Source: Eledone cirrhosa
Taxonomy: Eukaryota
Length of the DNA stretch: 64,000 nucleotides
Assembly (NCBI GenBank): GCA_964016885.1
Contig: OZ024746.1
Span: 4,340,001-4,404,000, forward strand
Direction: 5' to 3'
How positions within the stretch are numbered: position 1 is the first letter of the stretch; each line of letters begins with the position of its first letter. The notes beneath the pieces were generated by a model. It was not told the DNA's origin. It saw only the letters and a program-made list of their open reading frames with translations, and did no database searches. Made by a program: the position numbers and the translations under genes. Shown piece after piece: positions 1 through 15,526 of the stretch.

Positions 1-77
1 GTTGCCAGTTTAGTCGCCAACGACCCGACCAGGTTGTACTGGGATACATGTTACCAGTAACACCAACTGGTGACCTG

Positions 78-80
<3 letters not shown>
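1..80 (-). mobile_element. Fragment of the dispersed repeat also present at 27033-27340
   Basis: Reverse complement (tgtcaggtcacc...tactggtaacatgtatcccagtacaacctg...ggcgactaaactggcaac) matches the start of the 27033 element; both abut (TA)/(CA) tracts. Confidence 0.75.
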
Positions 81-139
<59 letters not shown>

Positions 140-145
140 TATATA

Positions 146-231
<86 letters not shown>

Positions 232-716
232 AATATATATACACATACACAAACACACGCAAACGATCGTATATAAAAATGTAACATTTTCCTCGGACAA
301 TTTCTCGGCAGTCTTACAGTCTACTCCTGTTCCCCAGACAACTCCACTCAATAAATATGTGTTCGGCCTAGAAATGTCCTCATCTCTTGACTCGACAAGC
401 AACAGAAGCCACTTCACTCCACATATTCTACAACCCCTCACATAGGAATATACATATACAACCTTTATATATATGCATACATAAGATCATACCTGATTAC
501 ATTCAGACACAACATTCGCACATATGTAATTTACACACATATGTCATCCCACCAAGACACATATGTCATAACACCTTATTCACCAACACATACATACACA
601 AACTCATCTGCACACTCATTTCAACATCACATACACACACTAACATGTTACCTATACCAACTATCTCTCCCATCATTACACATCTGCATTCACAAATATA
701 CGCTTTTACCATATAC

Positions 717-878
717 CACAGTTTCCCAAATGGAACCCTTTTTGGTTCAGAAACTATGGGGAGAACCCCAAAGTCTAATACAGTTATGTGGTTGTAATAT
801 AAATATACTCCTCTCCCCTTTTTTCACGGAACCCCAAACACACCTTGGGTTCCACGGAACCCACTTTGGGAACCCCTG
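717..878. mobile_element. hAT-type MITE
   Basis: Imperfect TIRs cacagtttcccaaa / tttgggaacccctg; 8-bp flanking duplication ccatatac (709-716) / ccatttac (879-886). Confidence 0.7.
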
Positions 879-1151
879 CCATTTACCATCTCAGCCACGA
901 TGTCACTCGTCTGGCTGCCCTCTGTAAAACAAATGCACTAAAACTGTTTGTCATCTTAAGCATTTCATGTTTTTGTTTTCTAGATAGCGACCCACGTACA
1001 AACAACTGTTTTTCACGGGGACTTTTTTCCTACCTACATCAAGACTCTTTTTTCTGATATGTGTTCTACATAGACACTCACTGCATACACATACACACAT
1101 GTACCTACACACACATACACACACATATATGCACACAGACAGACACACACA

Positions 1152-1201
<50 letters not shown>

Positions 1202-1387
1202 TAAAACCCTGCAATTTCAATTTCATACACATGGCACACATTTTGCCGGGATTATTTTATTTGACAGTCAACACCCGCAAAATTTTGCAGAATTTCTTAA
1301 ATTTGCCTGGAAAATATGGTTTGTAGAACACGAATTCCTTTTCCGTCGGAGAAAGCGGTAAAGCGAAAGAAAGACAAATAGAGAGGT

Positions 1388-1465
<78 letters not shown>

Positions 1466-2910
1466 TGTGTGTGTGTGTGGAAGAGAAGGAGAAAAATATC
1501 GCTAAAATCCCCTTTCATCCAGATGCTACCATGTCGAATAACAGTAGATTTTGTTTCTCTCTCTTTCAGTTCTTCTTTGTCATGATGCATTTTCGCCTGA
1601 TTAAACGGATGTGAGCAAGTTGATACAAAATATAGAGATTACATTGCTTCTCAACACCGAAGTAGTTGGATGGCAATAGATTTTAACGAGATTCTCCCTC
1701 TATCTTAACTAGAAAAAGAAGTTATAAGCTAAGAAGACGGTATTTGCAAGGAAACACCTGTTTAGATATTTGATTCGTTTACCAGACAAAATATATTAAG
1801 ATGGTGATGTGGGACCTTTTAATGTGAAAACTAAAATATCTGATCTGTAATATCACCAATACTACGTCAAGGGGTTTCTAATGCTTTATAGTTAAGTTAT
1901 GGAAAGTGTGTAATATTAATTATACAATTCAAACGCATATTCTATTGCTTTCATTAATTATCTTATATAAATAGTAATATTATGTGATATTAATTATACA
2001 ATTCAAACGCATATTGTATTGCTTTAATTAATTATCTTATATAAATAGTAATTTTATATGATGCTCCGAATATTTCAACTACACACACATATAGACACAT
2101 TCACACTCACACACACACATATATACAAACATACACATACACTCACAAATGACTTTGATAATGAGAATTTCATAGCAATTACATTAATCGTATCTGTTAA
2201 AGATATAATTAATATAATCGCTATCACTTTCCTATTTTATGGTCTAATATTTAAGGATTTAATGGTAATTTTACTACGTGAATATATTTATTGTTTCAAG
2301 ATCAAATGGTCAGCACGCTTAACTAAAACAAAGAAAATATGTAAATTATGACACATTTGAACGGCAGAACAAAGGATTTAAAATGTTGTTTTCCATCTAA
2401 ATACTATAAAATCAAATAACTTCTTGGAATCTTGACCACATCCTTTTCTGGTAAAATGCCTATACACTTACCCTCTCCAAAACTATAAGTGAAACTGTAA
2501 TATCGAACCATTTACCAATATCAGTTATCGCACACGAACCAAATCTTCTGGAAAATTTACCACAAAAAGTTTATCACAGGATTTATTCTCTTTTCAATCT
2601 CACCTATTTGCTTCTAGTGGTTCGAGCCAAACGAGGGGAACCTCTAATTTATTGTTATACCTACAAGCTAAAGCAGCGAAATCTGCTTTTAAATTACACT
2701 CCAGTATTTTTTATATAGCTAGGGTGACATTCAATAAATTAGTATTACATACACACTGACCGAGAGAAGGGTGGGAATGGGTTGGCTAGAATATCATTAC
2801 TTAAAGATCTGTCTTAATCAGTGGAGACATTAGGTTAAACAACAACAACAACAATACAAATGATTTAGACAGATCTATGAAGTAAATATCCTAAGTGTGT
2901 GCGTGTGTGT

Positions 2911-3147
2911 GTGACAGCTCACACATATGCAGGTTTAGCTGGCCTCCTCCAAGGTATATCTCGTTGGAGGTGTCTTGGGTAATTTAATGATAGGAACCCC
3001 AGTCCCCTCATTTCTACAGCTGAGTAAACTGGAGCAACGTGAAATAAAAGTCTTGCTCAAGGAAACAACACATCAGCGGGTCCAAGAATTGAACTCACAA
3101 CCTTTCGATTGCAAGCCCAATGCTCTAACCACTAAGCTATGCGCCTT
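2911..3147 (-). mobile_element. tRNA-derived SINE (family 2)
   Basis: Minus strand reads ggcgcatagcttagtggttag (A box)...gagttcaattc (B box)...ccttgagcaagac core; near-identical inverted copy at 48733-48980. Confidence 0.8.
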
Positions 3148-3479
3148 CATAATTGCAGTATTATTTAGTTGAACTAACATCTCTAACTACCCTAAACGTA
3201 GGTGCAACGTATCAATAAGGACCATGGCAACGATAACTTTATTGACGTGTTTGCGAGTTTGCCAGGCTAAGAAAGATACCTTTTCTCAATTCCTGTTATC
3301 GCATGCTGTTCTTTTAGAGTGAGCTAGACATAAATTGCTTTATAGCTTCCGCTCATGCAAACAACTTCCGCTGCAATACTGTTTTCTCCTACCACCATTT
3401 TTAGCTAATTTCTATTCGTCTTTCTCTCCCTCACACTTTACAATTGCTCCCATCACCACAAGCAGCAGCAATATAACCC

Positions 3480-4010
3480 CACGACACATACAACCACTAC
3501 AACCAACAATAGCAACAACAACACAACCATTTTAACCACAGACACCACCACAAATAACAACTACCAACAACACAACCACCGCTACTACTACCACCAAAAC
3601 CACCACCACCGCCGCCACCACCAGAATCACCACCACCACAACCACCGCCACCACCAGAATCACCACCACCACAACCACCGCCACCACCACCACAACCACC
3701 ACCACACCCATCACCACCACAACCGCCGTCGCCACCACCACAATCACCAAAACCACAACCACCGACGCCACCACAACCACCACCGCCACCACCACAACCA
3801 CGACCACCACAACCACCGGCGCCACCACCACCACAAGCACCACCACCACAACCACCACCGCCGCCACCATCAGAACCACCACCACCACCACAACTACCAC
3901 CGCCACCACCACAAACACTCCCACTTCTACCACCACCACAACCACCATCGTCACCGCCGCCACCACCACGTCTACCACCACAACCACCGCCACCAACAAC
4001 AACAACCCAA
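3480..4010. repeat. Degenerate (ACC/ACA/GCC)n trinucleotide tract
   Basis: Direct inspection. Confidence 0.95.
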
Positions 4011-4174
4011 TCACATCATCCTTCTTCGCCGCCATCTTCCTTTCTCGGATGTAGTTTTTATGGTCTCCCGGGGAGACATACATTCCTGTTGTTGTTGTTG
4101 GTGTCAGCCTGCTAAACAACTGGATAATGGCGGACTGTAGAGAGGAAGGCTTCCATGGAAACTATAGTATTATA

Positions 4175-4646
4175 GATGATGATGGTGGTGATGGTGATGG
4201 TGATGGTGATGATGGTGATGGTGGTGATGGTGATGGTGATGGTGGTGGTGATGATGGTGATGATGATGATGATGATGGTGATGGTGATGATGGTGATGGT
4301 GATGGTGGTGATGGTGATGGTGGTGATGGTGGTGATGGTGATGGTGATGGTGGTGGTGATGATGGTGATGGTGATGATGATGATGATGATGATGATGGTG
4401 ATGGTGATGATGGTGATGGTGATGGTGGTGATGGTGATGGTGGTGGTGATGATGGTGATGATGGTGATGGTGGTGGTGATGGTGATGATGATGATGGTGA
4501 TGGTGGTGATGGTGATGGTGGTGGTCATGATGGTGATGGTGGTGGTGTTGGTGATGGTGATGATGATGATGGTGATGATGGAGATGGTGATGATGATGAT
4601 GGTGATGGTGATAATGGTGTTGATGACATGATGATGATGATGGTAA

Positions 4647-4670
<24 letters not shown>
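4175..4670. repeat. (GAT/GGT)n mixed trinucleotide tract
   Basis: Direct inspection. Confidence 0.95.
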
Positions 4671-4677
<7 letters not shown>

Positions 4678-4806
4678 TGTTTCTACTTTAGGCACAAGGC
4701 CAGCAAATTACCCAGTGTATTACTGGTACTTTATTTTATCGACCTCGTAAGGATGAAAGGCAAAGTCAACCTCGGCGGGATTTGAACTCAGAACGTAAAG
4801 GGACGT
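4678..4806 (-). mobile_element. tRNA-derived SINE with Meta-like central domain (family 1)
   Basis: Minus strand: gagttcaaatcc B box followed by gcctttcatccttacgaggtcgataaaataaagtaccag, resembling the MetaSINE domain; many copies in the window. Confidence 0.8.
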
Positions 4807-5024
4807 AACTAATAATTACTTTTATTGACCTCAAGGACTTAAGACATCAGGGAAGATGGAAGAACGGCAACCTAAAGTGGGAGATCTAGGAACAACCTAA
4901 TGAGGATCTTGAGGCTTTTCAACCCCTGTTTCTAATGGTTACTCCCACACAATCGCAGCACAAAACCGTCTCAGTCACCTCCCTTTCCATTCTCGGGAGA
5001 CTGAAAAATAATAATAATGAAAAT

Positions 5025-5180
5025 GATTTCTACTATAGACATAAGGCCAGTAATTTAGGGGACGGGAAAGTCGATTAAATCGACCCCAGTGTATTACTGG
5101 TGCTTTATTTATCGACCCTGTAAGGATGAAAGGCAAAGCTTAATCTCGGTGGGGTTTGAACTCAGAGCGTAAAGGGCCAC
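5025..5180 (-). mobile_element. SINE family 1 copy
   Basis: Same atcgaccc..aaggatgaaaggcaaag..tttgaactcag motif. Confidence 0.8.
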
Positions 5181-6079
5181 AGCTCTATATTAATAATAAT
5201 AATAATAATAATAGTAGTAGTAATCGTAATAACAATTTCATTATAAACCACAAGGGTTTACATAAAGAAAAAACATTAAGGAAGGTACATGGCGGTACAA
5301 ATAGGGGTTTCTGTGTGTATAAATAGGAAACACAATAACAATAACAAACAAAAAACAAAAAAAAAAGATGAAGAGGAGGAAGATAAAGAGGGTGACGGCA
5401 ATGTTGATAGTGTTATTGTGGGAGGTAATGGTGAGGAGGAGGATAACATTAATAAATAGTATGTCATCAGTGCACCGAGCTGACCTCGCTGTCGGGGTCT
5501 CGTGCACTGAAGATTGCTCAGTGCACAACACATTCCCGCTTCCTGTTCAGATCTGCTGCAGAATGTGTTGGCTAATGTTTAGCGACTTGCAAGCGAAACA
5601 CTAATAATTGGCCAGACACATTAAACACTGACGAGCTCACACATATCCAGTCACTGAAGCGTGTGTATCTCCAGAACACATATAGATATACACACGTTCA
5701 AATATATAGGCCACAAATACACACGTTTATACATACATACCTATATCTGTACATACATATATATATACATATACACATACATACATACACAGATACATGT
5801 ATGCATATATACATAAATACATACATACATACATACATACATACGTACGTACATACATACATACATACATGTATTTATACACACATGCGTGAGAATGCAT
5901 ACATAAATCAACTTAAAACCGACATACACGCGTGTGTGTGTGTGTGTGTGTATGAGTGAGTGTGAGTGTGTGTGAACATAAATAAATATTTCTGCTCCCT
6001 TCCAGATTCAGCTCTGTTTTCCTTTTTCCTTTTCCCATCTACGGATATTGCTACATATACATACACCACACACACACAT

Positions 6080-6185
<106 letters not shown>

Positions 6186-7444
6186 GTATGTGTGCACGCT
6201 GGCATGTAAGTATGAATGTGTGTGAATTTGTTCATAGATATATGATTTTTGGGTGGATTTGTACGTGACACAGAGAGAGAGAACGGGGCGGAGGGGGGGG
6301 GGATAGAGAGGGGGGCGATAGAGAGAGAGAGAGAGAGAGAAGTCACAGCTGTGTGACGGAGCGTTAAACTATTTTTGCTATATTTTCTGTGGCGTCATTT
6401 AACCAGCGAGATACCACACAGTTTCCAATGGCGGGGGATTTATTACACTGATCACTGGCCTCTCTCCCACCCCATCTTACCCAGACTCCCTTTCGCCGCC
6501 ACGCTTCTCCCTCTCTCTATATATATATCTACCTATCTATCTATCTTTCTATCTCTCTATCTCTCTCTCTATCTCTCTTTCTTTCTATCTCTATATATCT
6601 CTCTATCTCTCTTTCTCTCTCTCTCCCTCACTCTCTCTCTCTCTCTCTCCATCTCTCTCTATCTCTCACTCTATCTCTCCCTCTCTCTCTCTCCATCTCT
6701 CTCTCTCTCTCCCTCCCTCTCTCTCTATCTTCCCCCACCCTTCCTGGTAACTATGTAGTGTTGTGAACGATTGAAGAATCGATCTTCAACAATTAAAGGC
6801 AGATAGTAGAGATACACAATGAAGGTCAATTGAGGTCAATGGATTATAGTTTGGGGGGGGGGGGGTAAACGAGGAACAAATCCGGGGGGAAATGAAAAGA
6901 AAAAGTTTGTTACCATCGAGACGTTTAGGAATGAAATTTTATATATTGATGGAGAACATTGAAGTTGGGGGTGGAGATAACACTAGCACCCTCCCCCCTC
7001 TCCTCCCCCTCCTCACCACCATCACCATCACCATCATCACCACCACCACCACCATCATCACCATCATCACCATCATCATCACCATCACCATCATTGTCAT
7101 CAGTTTCATCATCATTGAAACAGTAACATCCGGGATATTTTATCTATTAATATTGTTGTTGTTGTTGTTACTGGTAGTGATCTCTGTGCTGGTGTCTGGT
7201 GCTCCACCGACTCTGCCAATCCACCACCGAACAGTAATAATAGCACAGGTTTGTTTATTTGCCACATGAGCGGCCTCAGCAGGGGGTTGCAGGAGGACAG
7301 AGAGGGGCTTATAATAATTGTTTCTACTTTTGGCACAAGGTCAGCAATTACACCAGTGTATTACTGGTACTTTATTTTATCGACCCCAGTACGTTACTGG
7401 TAATAATGATAATGATAATAATAATTAACTTCTTACAAAGTATC

Positions 7445-8523
7445 AAATCATCATCATCACCATCACCATCATTACTACCACCACCACCACCACCACCACT
7501 ACCACCACCACCACCACCACCATCACCACCACCACCACCATCACTATCACCATCACCACCATCACCACCACCACCATCACCACCACCACCACTACCACCA
7601 CCACCACTACCACCACCACCACTACCACCACCACCACCACCACCACCACCACCACCATCACCATCACCACCATCACCACCACCACCATCACCACCACCAC
7701 CACTACCACCACCACCACTACCACCACCACCACCACTACCACCACCACCACTACCACCACCACCACCACTACCACCACCACCACCATCACCACCACCACT
7801 ACCACCACCACCACCATCACCACCACCACCATCAACACCACCACCACTACCACCACCACCACCACTACCACCACCACCACCACCACCACTACCACCACCA
7901 CCACCACTACCACCACCACCACCATCACCACCACCACCACCACCACTACCACCACCACCACCATCACCACCACCACTACCACTACCAGCACCACCACCAT
8001 CACCACCACCACTACCACTACCACCACCACCACCACCATCACCACCACCACTACCACCACCACCACCACCACCACTACCACCACCACCACCATCACCACC
8101 ACCACCACCACTACCACCACCACCACCATCACCACCACCACTACCACTACCACCACCACCACCATCACCACCACCACTACCACCACCACCACCACCACCA
8201 CCACCACCACCACCACCACCACTACCACCACCACCACCACCACCACCACCACCACCACTACCACCACCACCACCATCACCACCACCACCACCACTACCAC
8301 CACCACCACCATCACCACCACCACTACCACTACCACCACCACCACCATCACCACCACCACTACCACCACCACCACCACCACCACCACCACCACCACCACC
8401 ACCACTACCACCACCACCACCACCACCACCACCACCACCACTACCACCACCACCACCATCACCACCACCACTACCACCACCACCACCACCACCACCACCA
8501 CCACCACCACCACCACCATCACC
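7445..8523. repeat. ~1.1-kb (ACC)n tract with ACT/ATC interruptions
   Basis: Direct inspection; source of the poly-Pro and poly-Val pseudo-ORFs. Confidence 0.97.
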
Positions 8524-8689
8524 ATATATATTAACGTTGTTTTATTGATGTCTCTTTTGTTTTTATCATTTTCAGTTTATATTCCTATATGTGTGTGTCT
8601 GTGTGTTACATATATTCATATATATATGTGTGTGTGTGTATTACACATGTATGTGTATATTATATCTGTATGTGTGTATATGGTCATAC

Positions 8690-10855
8690 ACACTCACATA
8701 TATAGACATAGAAACATATTTATACATACACACACATATAGACATAGAAACATATCTATACATACATACACACTCACACATATAGACATAGAAACATATC
8801 TATACATACATACACACTCACATATATAGACATAGAAACATATTTATACATACACACACATATAGACATAGAAACATATCTATACATACATACATACATA
8901 CATATAGACATAGAAACATATCTATACATACATACACACTCACACATATAGACATAGAAACATATCTATACATACATACACATATGGAACAGGCATACGT
9001 ACATGTACATACACATACATACACATACATACACATACATACACATACATACACATACAGACACATACAGACACATACATACACATACATACACATACAG
9101 ACACATACATACACATACATACACATACATACACATACATACAGACACATACAGACACATACATACACATACAGACACATACATACACATACATACACAT
9201 ACATACAGACACATACAGAAACATACAGACACATACATACACATACATACACATACATACACATACATACACAGACATACACATACAGACACATACATAC
9301 ACATACAGACACATACAGACACAAACATACACATAGATACACATACATACACATACAGACACACACATACAGACACATACATACACATACATACAGACAC
9401 ATACATAAACATACAGACACATACAGACACATACATACACATACAGACACATACATACACATACATACACATACATACACATACATACAGACACATACAG
9501 ACACATACAGACACATACAGACACAAACATACACATACATACACATACAGACACATACAGACACAAACATACACATAGATACACATATATACACATACAG
9601 ACACACACATACATACACATACATACACATACATACAGACACATACAGAAACATACAGACACATACAGACACATACAGACACATACAGACACAAACATAC
9701 ACATACATACACATACATACACATACAGACACAAACATACAGACACATACAGACACATACATACACATACAGACACATACATACACATACATACACATAC
9801 ATACACATACATACACATACATACACATACATACAGACACATACAGACACATACATACACATACATACACATACTCATACATACAGACACAGACACAGAC
9901 ATACACACACATACAGACACATACAGACACATACAGACACATACAGACACAGACATACACATACATACACATACATACACATACATACACATACATACAC
10001 ATACATACAGACACATACAGACACATACATACACATACAGACACATACATACACATACATACACATACTCATACATACAGACACAGACACAGACATACAC
10101 ACACATACAGACACATACAGACACATACAGACACATACAGACACAGACATACACATACATACACATACATACACATACATACACATACATACACATACAT
10201 ACAGACACATACAGACACATACATACACATACAGACACATACATACACATACATACACATACTCATACATACAGACACAGACACAGACATACACACACAT
10301 ACAGACACATACAGACACATACAGACACATACAGACACAGACATACACATACATACACATACAGACACATACATACACATACAGACACATACAGACACAT
10401 ACAGACACATACATACACATACAGACACAGACATACACATACAGACACATACAGACACATACAGACACATACAGACAGACACATACAGACACATACATAC
10501 ACATACATACACATACATACACATACATACACATACATACACATACAGACATACACATACATACACATACATACACATACAGACATACACATACAGACAC
10601 ATACATACACATACAGACACATACAGACACATACATACACATACATACACATACAGACACATACATACACATACAGACACATACATACACATACATACAC
10701 ATACTCATACATACAGACACATACAGACACATACATACACATACAGACACATACAGACACATACATACACATACAGACATACACATACAGACACATACAG
10801 ACACAGACATACACATACAGACATACACATACAGACACATACAGACACATACATA
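8690..10855. repeat. Complex ACAT/ACAG/AC minisatellite with a ~194-bp higher-order repeat
   Basis: Units like acacatacag/acacatacat; marker atactcatac recurs at 9871, 10065, 10259. Confidence 0.92.
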
Positions 10856-11419
10856 AATATGCCTTTCGTAAATGTTGCTGATGTTCTTCAAACGATTGTC
10901 CCCCCCCCCCCTCTTTGCTCCACATCACCAAAATCAATGAAAATCGCTATTGATCCATTGAACATCAAAGACATCATTCGCCATTATCATAATCCTCCCC
11001 CTCCACTACCACCGCCTCCTTCTCCTACCCCATCCACCGCATCCTACTCCGTCCTATTTCTCCCCCTCCTCCCCCACACCTTCATCTTCAGCATCAGCAG
11101 CAGTCGCACCGTCCCCTCTACCGTCCTCTTCCTCCTTCTCCACACCCTCCTCCTCATCATCACCATCATCACCATCGTCATCACCATCGTCATCATCATC
11201 ATTATTATTATCATTATTGTTGTTATTGTTGTTGTTATTGTTGTTATTGTTGTTGTTATTGTTGTTGTTATTGTTGTTGTTATTGTTGTTGTTATTGTTG
11301 TTATTATTGTTCATATCATTATTCTTACAAATATTATTATTGTTATCATTTTTCAATTTCATATTTCCATTTGATCCCGTCTGATAAATTGAATGGTAAA
11401 AACCAACAACCCCCACCAA

Positions 11420-12400
11420 CATCCACAACATCAAAAACAACAACATCAACACTAACAACAACACTAACAACTTCAACACTAACAACAACAACAACAACAC
11501 TAACAACAACAAAACTAACAACAACATCAACACTAACAACAACACTAACAACTTCAACACTAACAACAACACTAACAACTTCAACACTAACAACAACAAC
11601 AACAACACTAACAACAACAAAACTAACAACAACATCAACACTAACAACAACACTAACAACAACAACACTAACAACAACAACATCAACACTAACAACATCA
11701 ACACTAACAACAACATCAACCCTAACAACAACACTAACAACAACAACACTAACAGCAACAACAACACTAACAACAACAACATCAACACTAACAACAACAC
11801 TAACAACAACAACACTAACAGCAACAACAACACTAACAACAACAACATCAACACTAACAACAACACTAACAACAACAACACTAACAGCAACAACAACACT
11901 AACAACAACAACATCAACACTAACAACAACACTAACAACAACAACACTAACAGCAACAACAACACTAACAACAACAACATCAACACTAACAACAACACTA
12001 ACAGCAACAACAACACTAACAGCAACAACAACAGCAACAACAACACTAACAACAACAACATCAACACTAACAACAACACTAACAACAACAACACTACCAG
12101 CAACAACAACACTAACAACAACAACATCAACACTAACAACAACACTAACAACAACACTAACAGCAACAACATTAACAACAACAACAACACTAACAACAAC
12201 AACACTAACAACAACAACAACACTAACAACAACAACATCAACACTAACAACAACACTAACAACAACACTAACAGCAACAACAACACTAACAACAACAACA
12301 CTAACAACAACAACACTAACAACAACAACAACACTAACAACAACAACATCAACACTAACAACAACCATAACAACAACAACACCATCAACAACAACAACAC
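11420..12400. repeat. (ACA)n-based minisatellite with acacta/acatca/acagca variants
   Basis: Direct inspection; gives a mucin-like poly-Thr pseudo-ORF. Confidence 0.93.
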
Positions 12401-12637
12401 AGGGAATAAAGGACTAGTGTATACTATAGAAATGTGTATGGTATTAGAACCTTTCAATTACATTAAAGTACCTTCACCCCAAGTTGAAACAGTTGATAGA
12501 GGTGAGTTGCTGGAAGAGAAACATGTTGGGCTGGAAGCTTTCAAATTTAACCATCTGGCAATGTATTTCATCATAGCATGCAAACATAGCGAAATTGGTT
12601 GCCCTCCTGGGGCATAGGATGATGATGGGATAATGGT

Positions 12638-12953
12638 CCAGGAATGGTAAGGTTTAGTTCGAATCCCCTATGTCAGGCCAGAACACAGTATTCCAGGAAT
12701 GGTAAGGTTTAGTTCGAATCCCCAATGTCAGGCCAGAACACAGTATTCCAGGAATAGTAAGGTTTAGTTCGAATCCCCTATGTCAGGCCAGAACACAGTA
12801 TTCCAGGAATGGTAAGGTTTAGTTCGAATCCCCAATGTCAGGCCAGAACACAGTATTCCAGGAATGGTAAGGTTTAGTTCGAATCCCCTATGTCAGGCCA
12901 GAACACAGTATTCCAGGAATGGTAAGGTTTAGTTCGAATCCCCTATGTCAGGC
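12638..12953 (+). repeat. 55-bp tandem repeat (~5.8 copies), each unit with a Pol III B-box motif
   Basis: Unit ccaggaatggtaaggtttaGTTCGAATCCcctatgtcaggccagaacacagtatt. Confidence 0.93.
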
Positions 12954-13035
12954 CGGTGATACAAACGTTTCTAAACGTGATCTGAAATATGTTGTACAAC
13001 CATATTAACGATGATATGTGCATATATGTATGTAT

Positions 13036-13071
<36 letters not shown>

Positions 13072-13155
13072 TGTGTATATACATATATACATACGTATAT
13101 ACACATATATACATCTATATATATGTATGCATATATGCATGTATGCATATATGCA

Positions 13156-13187
<32 letters not shown>

Positions 13188-15201
13188 CGTATGTATGTAT
13201 GCATATATGTATATATGTGTATATGTATGTATGCATACATATATAGGTGTGTCCGTGTGTGCGTGTGTATGTACTTATGCTTATATTGTAATAATTTTCA
13301 CAGTGTACTTAAATGCCTTCATCCAAAATTCAGAATTCAATAGAGTCTTTAAGAGATGAAGAAAAAGTGGACAGTGGGCGAGAGAAAGAAAGAATAAAAG
13401 AGAAAGAGAGAGATAGAGATATAGAGAGTGCGTGTGTAAAGGGGAGAGAAAGAGAGAGATAGAGAGATAGAGAGTGCGTGTGTAAAAGGGAGAGAAAGAG
13501 AGAGAGAATTATGAAAAAGAAAAGAGGGAATGAGTTTAGGAAAAGGAAAAGATTCTGGCAATAGTAAAGAAAAGAGAGTGAAGTGGTTTTGTTGATTCTT
13601 CATATAAAATGATTTTGCTGATATTTGCAAGAATTTCCATCTGATGTTGGTTTGATCTCTAGGGAAGTAACGAACGGAAAGATAGAAACCTTGCGATTCT
13701 GGATGGACTCTAGTGATTTGATTAATGAATGGAGTGCAAGCGATGTATACATTGCTGGAGAAATGACCTTAGAAGGATCGATAAAGCTTACACAATATGA
13801 AGCGTTAGAGAACCGTTAATCAATATTATACACAAGTTTAATATTACTCTGTTATAAACGAAAATATTCTGTACATAGTTTTCTAGAATGAGAATTCGTC
13901 ACTCATAATTATACTGCAGAATCGTAGCTGTCCGACTCAATAAATCCTCGCTCCTGTAGCCAAAAATGAACAATTTGTGTTCATATCTCCTGTTGTTGTT
14001 AAGCTCCCGTTTGCCTCTATCCGAGCAAATTTATTGTCAAAAGAAATACCAGCCTGTTTTATTTTCTTTCAGTCAAAGTATACTCTAAATTATATTAGCA
14101 GCTATGTTCTTTTTTAAAGGTGCGGAAGAGGGAGATTTGATTATCATATTTAGTAGTTTTAGCAGCTAATTAGAAAGTTCCAACACACAATTGGCTTATG
14201 TATTCATATCTTGAATGTTTGAAGTATTTCCATAAGCCAGCACTCATTTCCCAAAGCTACAATTCACACAGTTATCAATAGGTAACAAGTCATAATACAC
14301 CAACGTATATATCATCACCACATGACTAACAAATGATCTGTTGCTTTGTAATGTTGACAACAAACTCTATTGTGTATCGATAGGAGTAATCACTCTTGTG
14401 ACGATTACATCTAACAATCAACATAGCCGAATGGTTAAAGAGTTCAATTGGCAATCATTAGGTTTTGGAATCGATCGTGATATTTCAGGAAAGAGTACTA
14501 TACTATAACCACTGATGGATCTAAGCCTTGTGAGTAAAACTTGGTAGACGGAAACTGTTTGAAAGTTTGTCAAATGGCCTGTACTTGTAATTCAAAATGG
14601 TCAGCCTTGTCACATTGTCTCACTGAATCTCCCTGAGAATTACATTATGGGTTCACGTGTCTGTTGAATGTTCTGCCACTTAAGCGTTAATTTTATGAGC
14701 ACTCAGTTCCATTAATAAAATATCTATAATAATTATCCAGAAAATCGACGGAGGTTCATTCCTTTCTACATCTATATATCAAAAATAAAGAAACTGACTT
14801 GTTGAAGAGAAATAACACTAACCTACTAGCTGACAGAACTTCAAATATATTAGAAATGTTTCATATTTGTGCAGTGGGTCACACAATTCTGAAACAACAT
14901 TACGTCTAGGACTAACTACAAGATACAGTGGAAATATTTCTTGTTTAATCTAGGCTGTACATTTATCTTTTGTCCATTCAATATTACCGGTTCTTGAAAT
15001 TCATTAATTTCTACTACATATGTTGATATTGGTTTAATTTTCTTACTTTTGATTGAGTTAAATATATATTATGTAATTGATATTTAACAAACTAAAATAT
15101 CCATATTTTTAAAAACCTGAATCATTACTTTCTTCCTAAAGATTGCGATAAAGAAGTTACATAAGGTAAGAGTGACAATTACAGTTTGATTGGTATATAT
15201 G

Positions 15202-15291
<90 letters not shown>

Positions 15292-15293
<2 letters not shown>

Positions 15294-15434
15294 GTTATTC
15301 CGGGTTGAATCGGAGGTAACCACAGTAAGTAAGGTACTCAATACATTGCAGAGTATAAAAGTTTTAATATGAGATTCCTGATGATTTCTAAAGAATGAAA
15401 CAGTTCTAGTCCTGTATAATCTCATCTATATTAA

Positions 15435-15438
<4 letters not shown>
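15292..15438. mobile_element. PLE pseudo-LTR relic in inverted arrangement within (TA)n
   Basis: 15292-15370 is the reverse complement of the terminus at 28040-28116; followed by a forward HHR. Confidence 0.7.
15371..15423 (+). ncRNA. Type I hammerhead ribozyme motif
   Basis: gagatt-c CTGATGA tttc-taaa-gaat GAAACAG ttctagtc CTGT A t-aatctc: both cores, stem III ACAG/CUGU, GUA site, stem I gagatt/aatctc. Confidence 0.75.
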
Positions 15439-15496
<58 letters not shown>

Positions 15497-15526
15497 CAGA
15501 AAGAGGATTTGCTTCGAAACCACTAG

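Noticed and set aside
4127-4750. Asp/Gly-rich 207-aa ORF
   Set aside because: A (GAT/GGT)n tract running into a SINE; no coding evidence.
7259-8548. 429-aa proline-rich (extensin/formin-like) ORF
   Set aside because: Translation of an (ACC)n tract; its N-terminus is SINE sequence; the opposite strand is equally open.
8818-12457. Long His/Thr/Tyr, Cys/Val/Met and mucin-like ORFs
   Set aside because: Stop-free frames of minisatellites, open in several frames and on both strands.
12638-12953. tRNA gene cluster or CRISPR array
   Set aside because: No cloverleaf within 55 bp and no unique spacers.
13600-13819. Possible decayed CR1/L2 RT fragment (similar hint at ~30850-31330)
   Set aside because: Too degenerate to support without a profile search.
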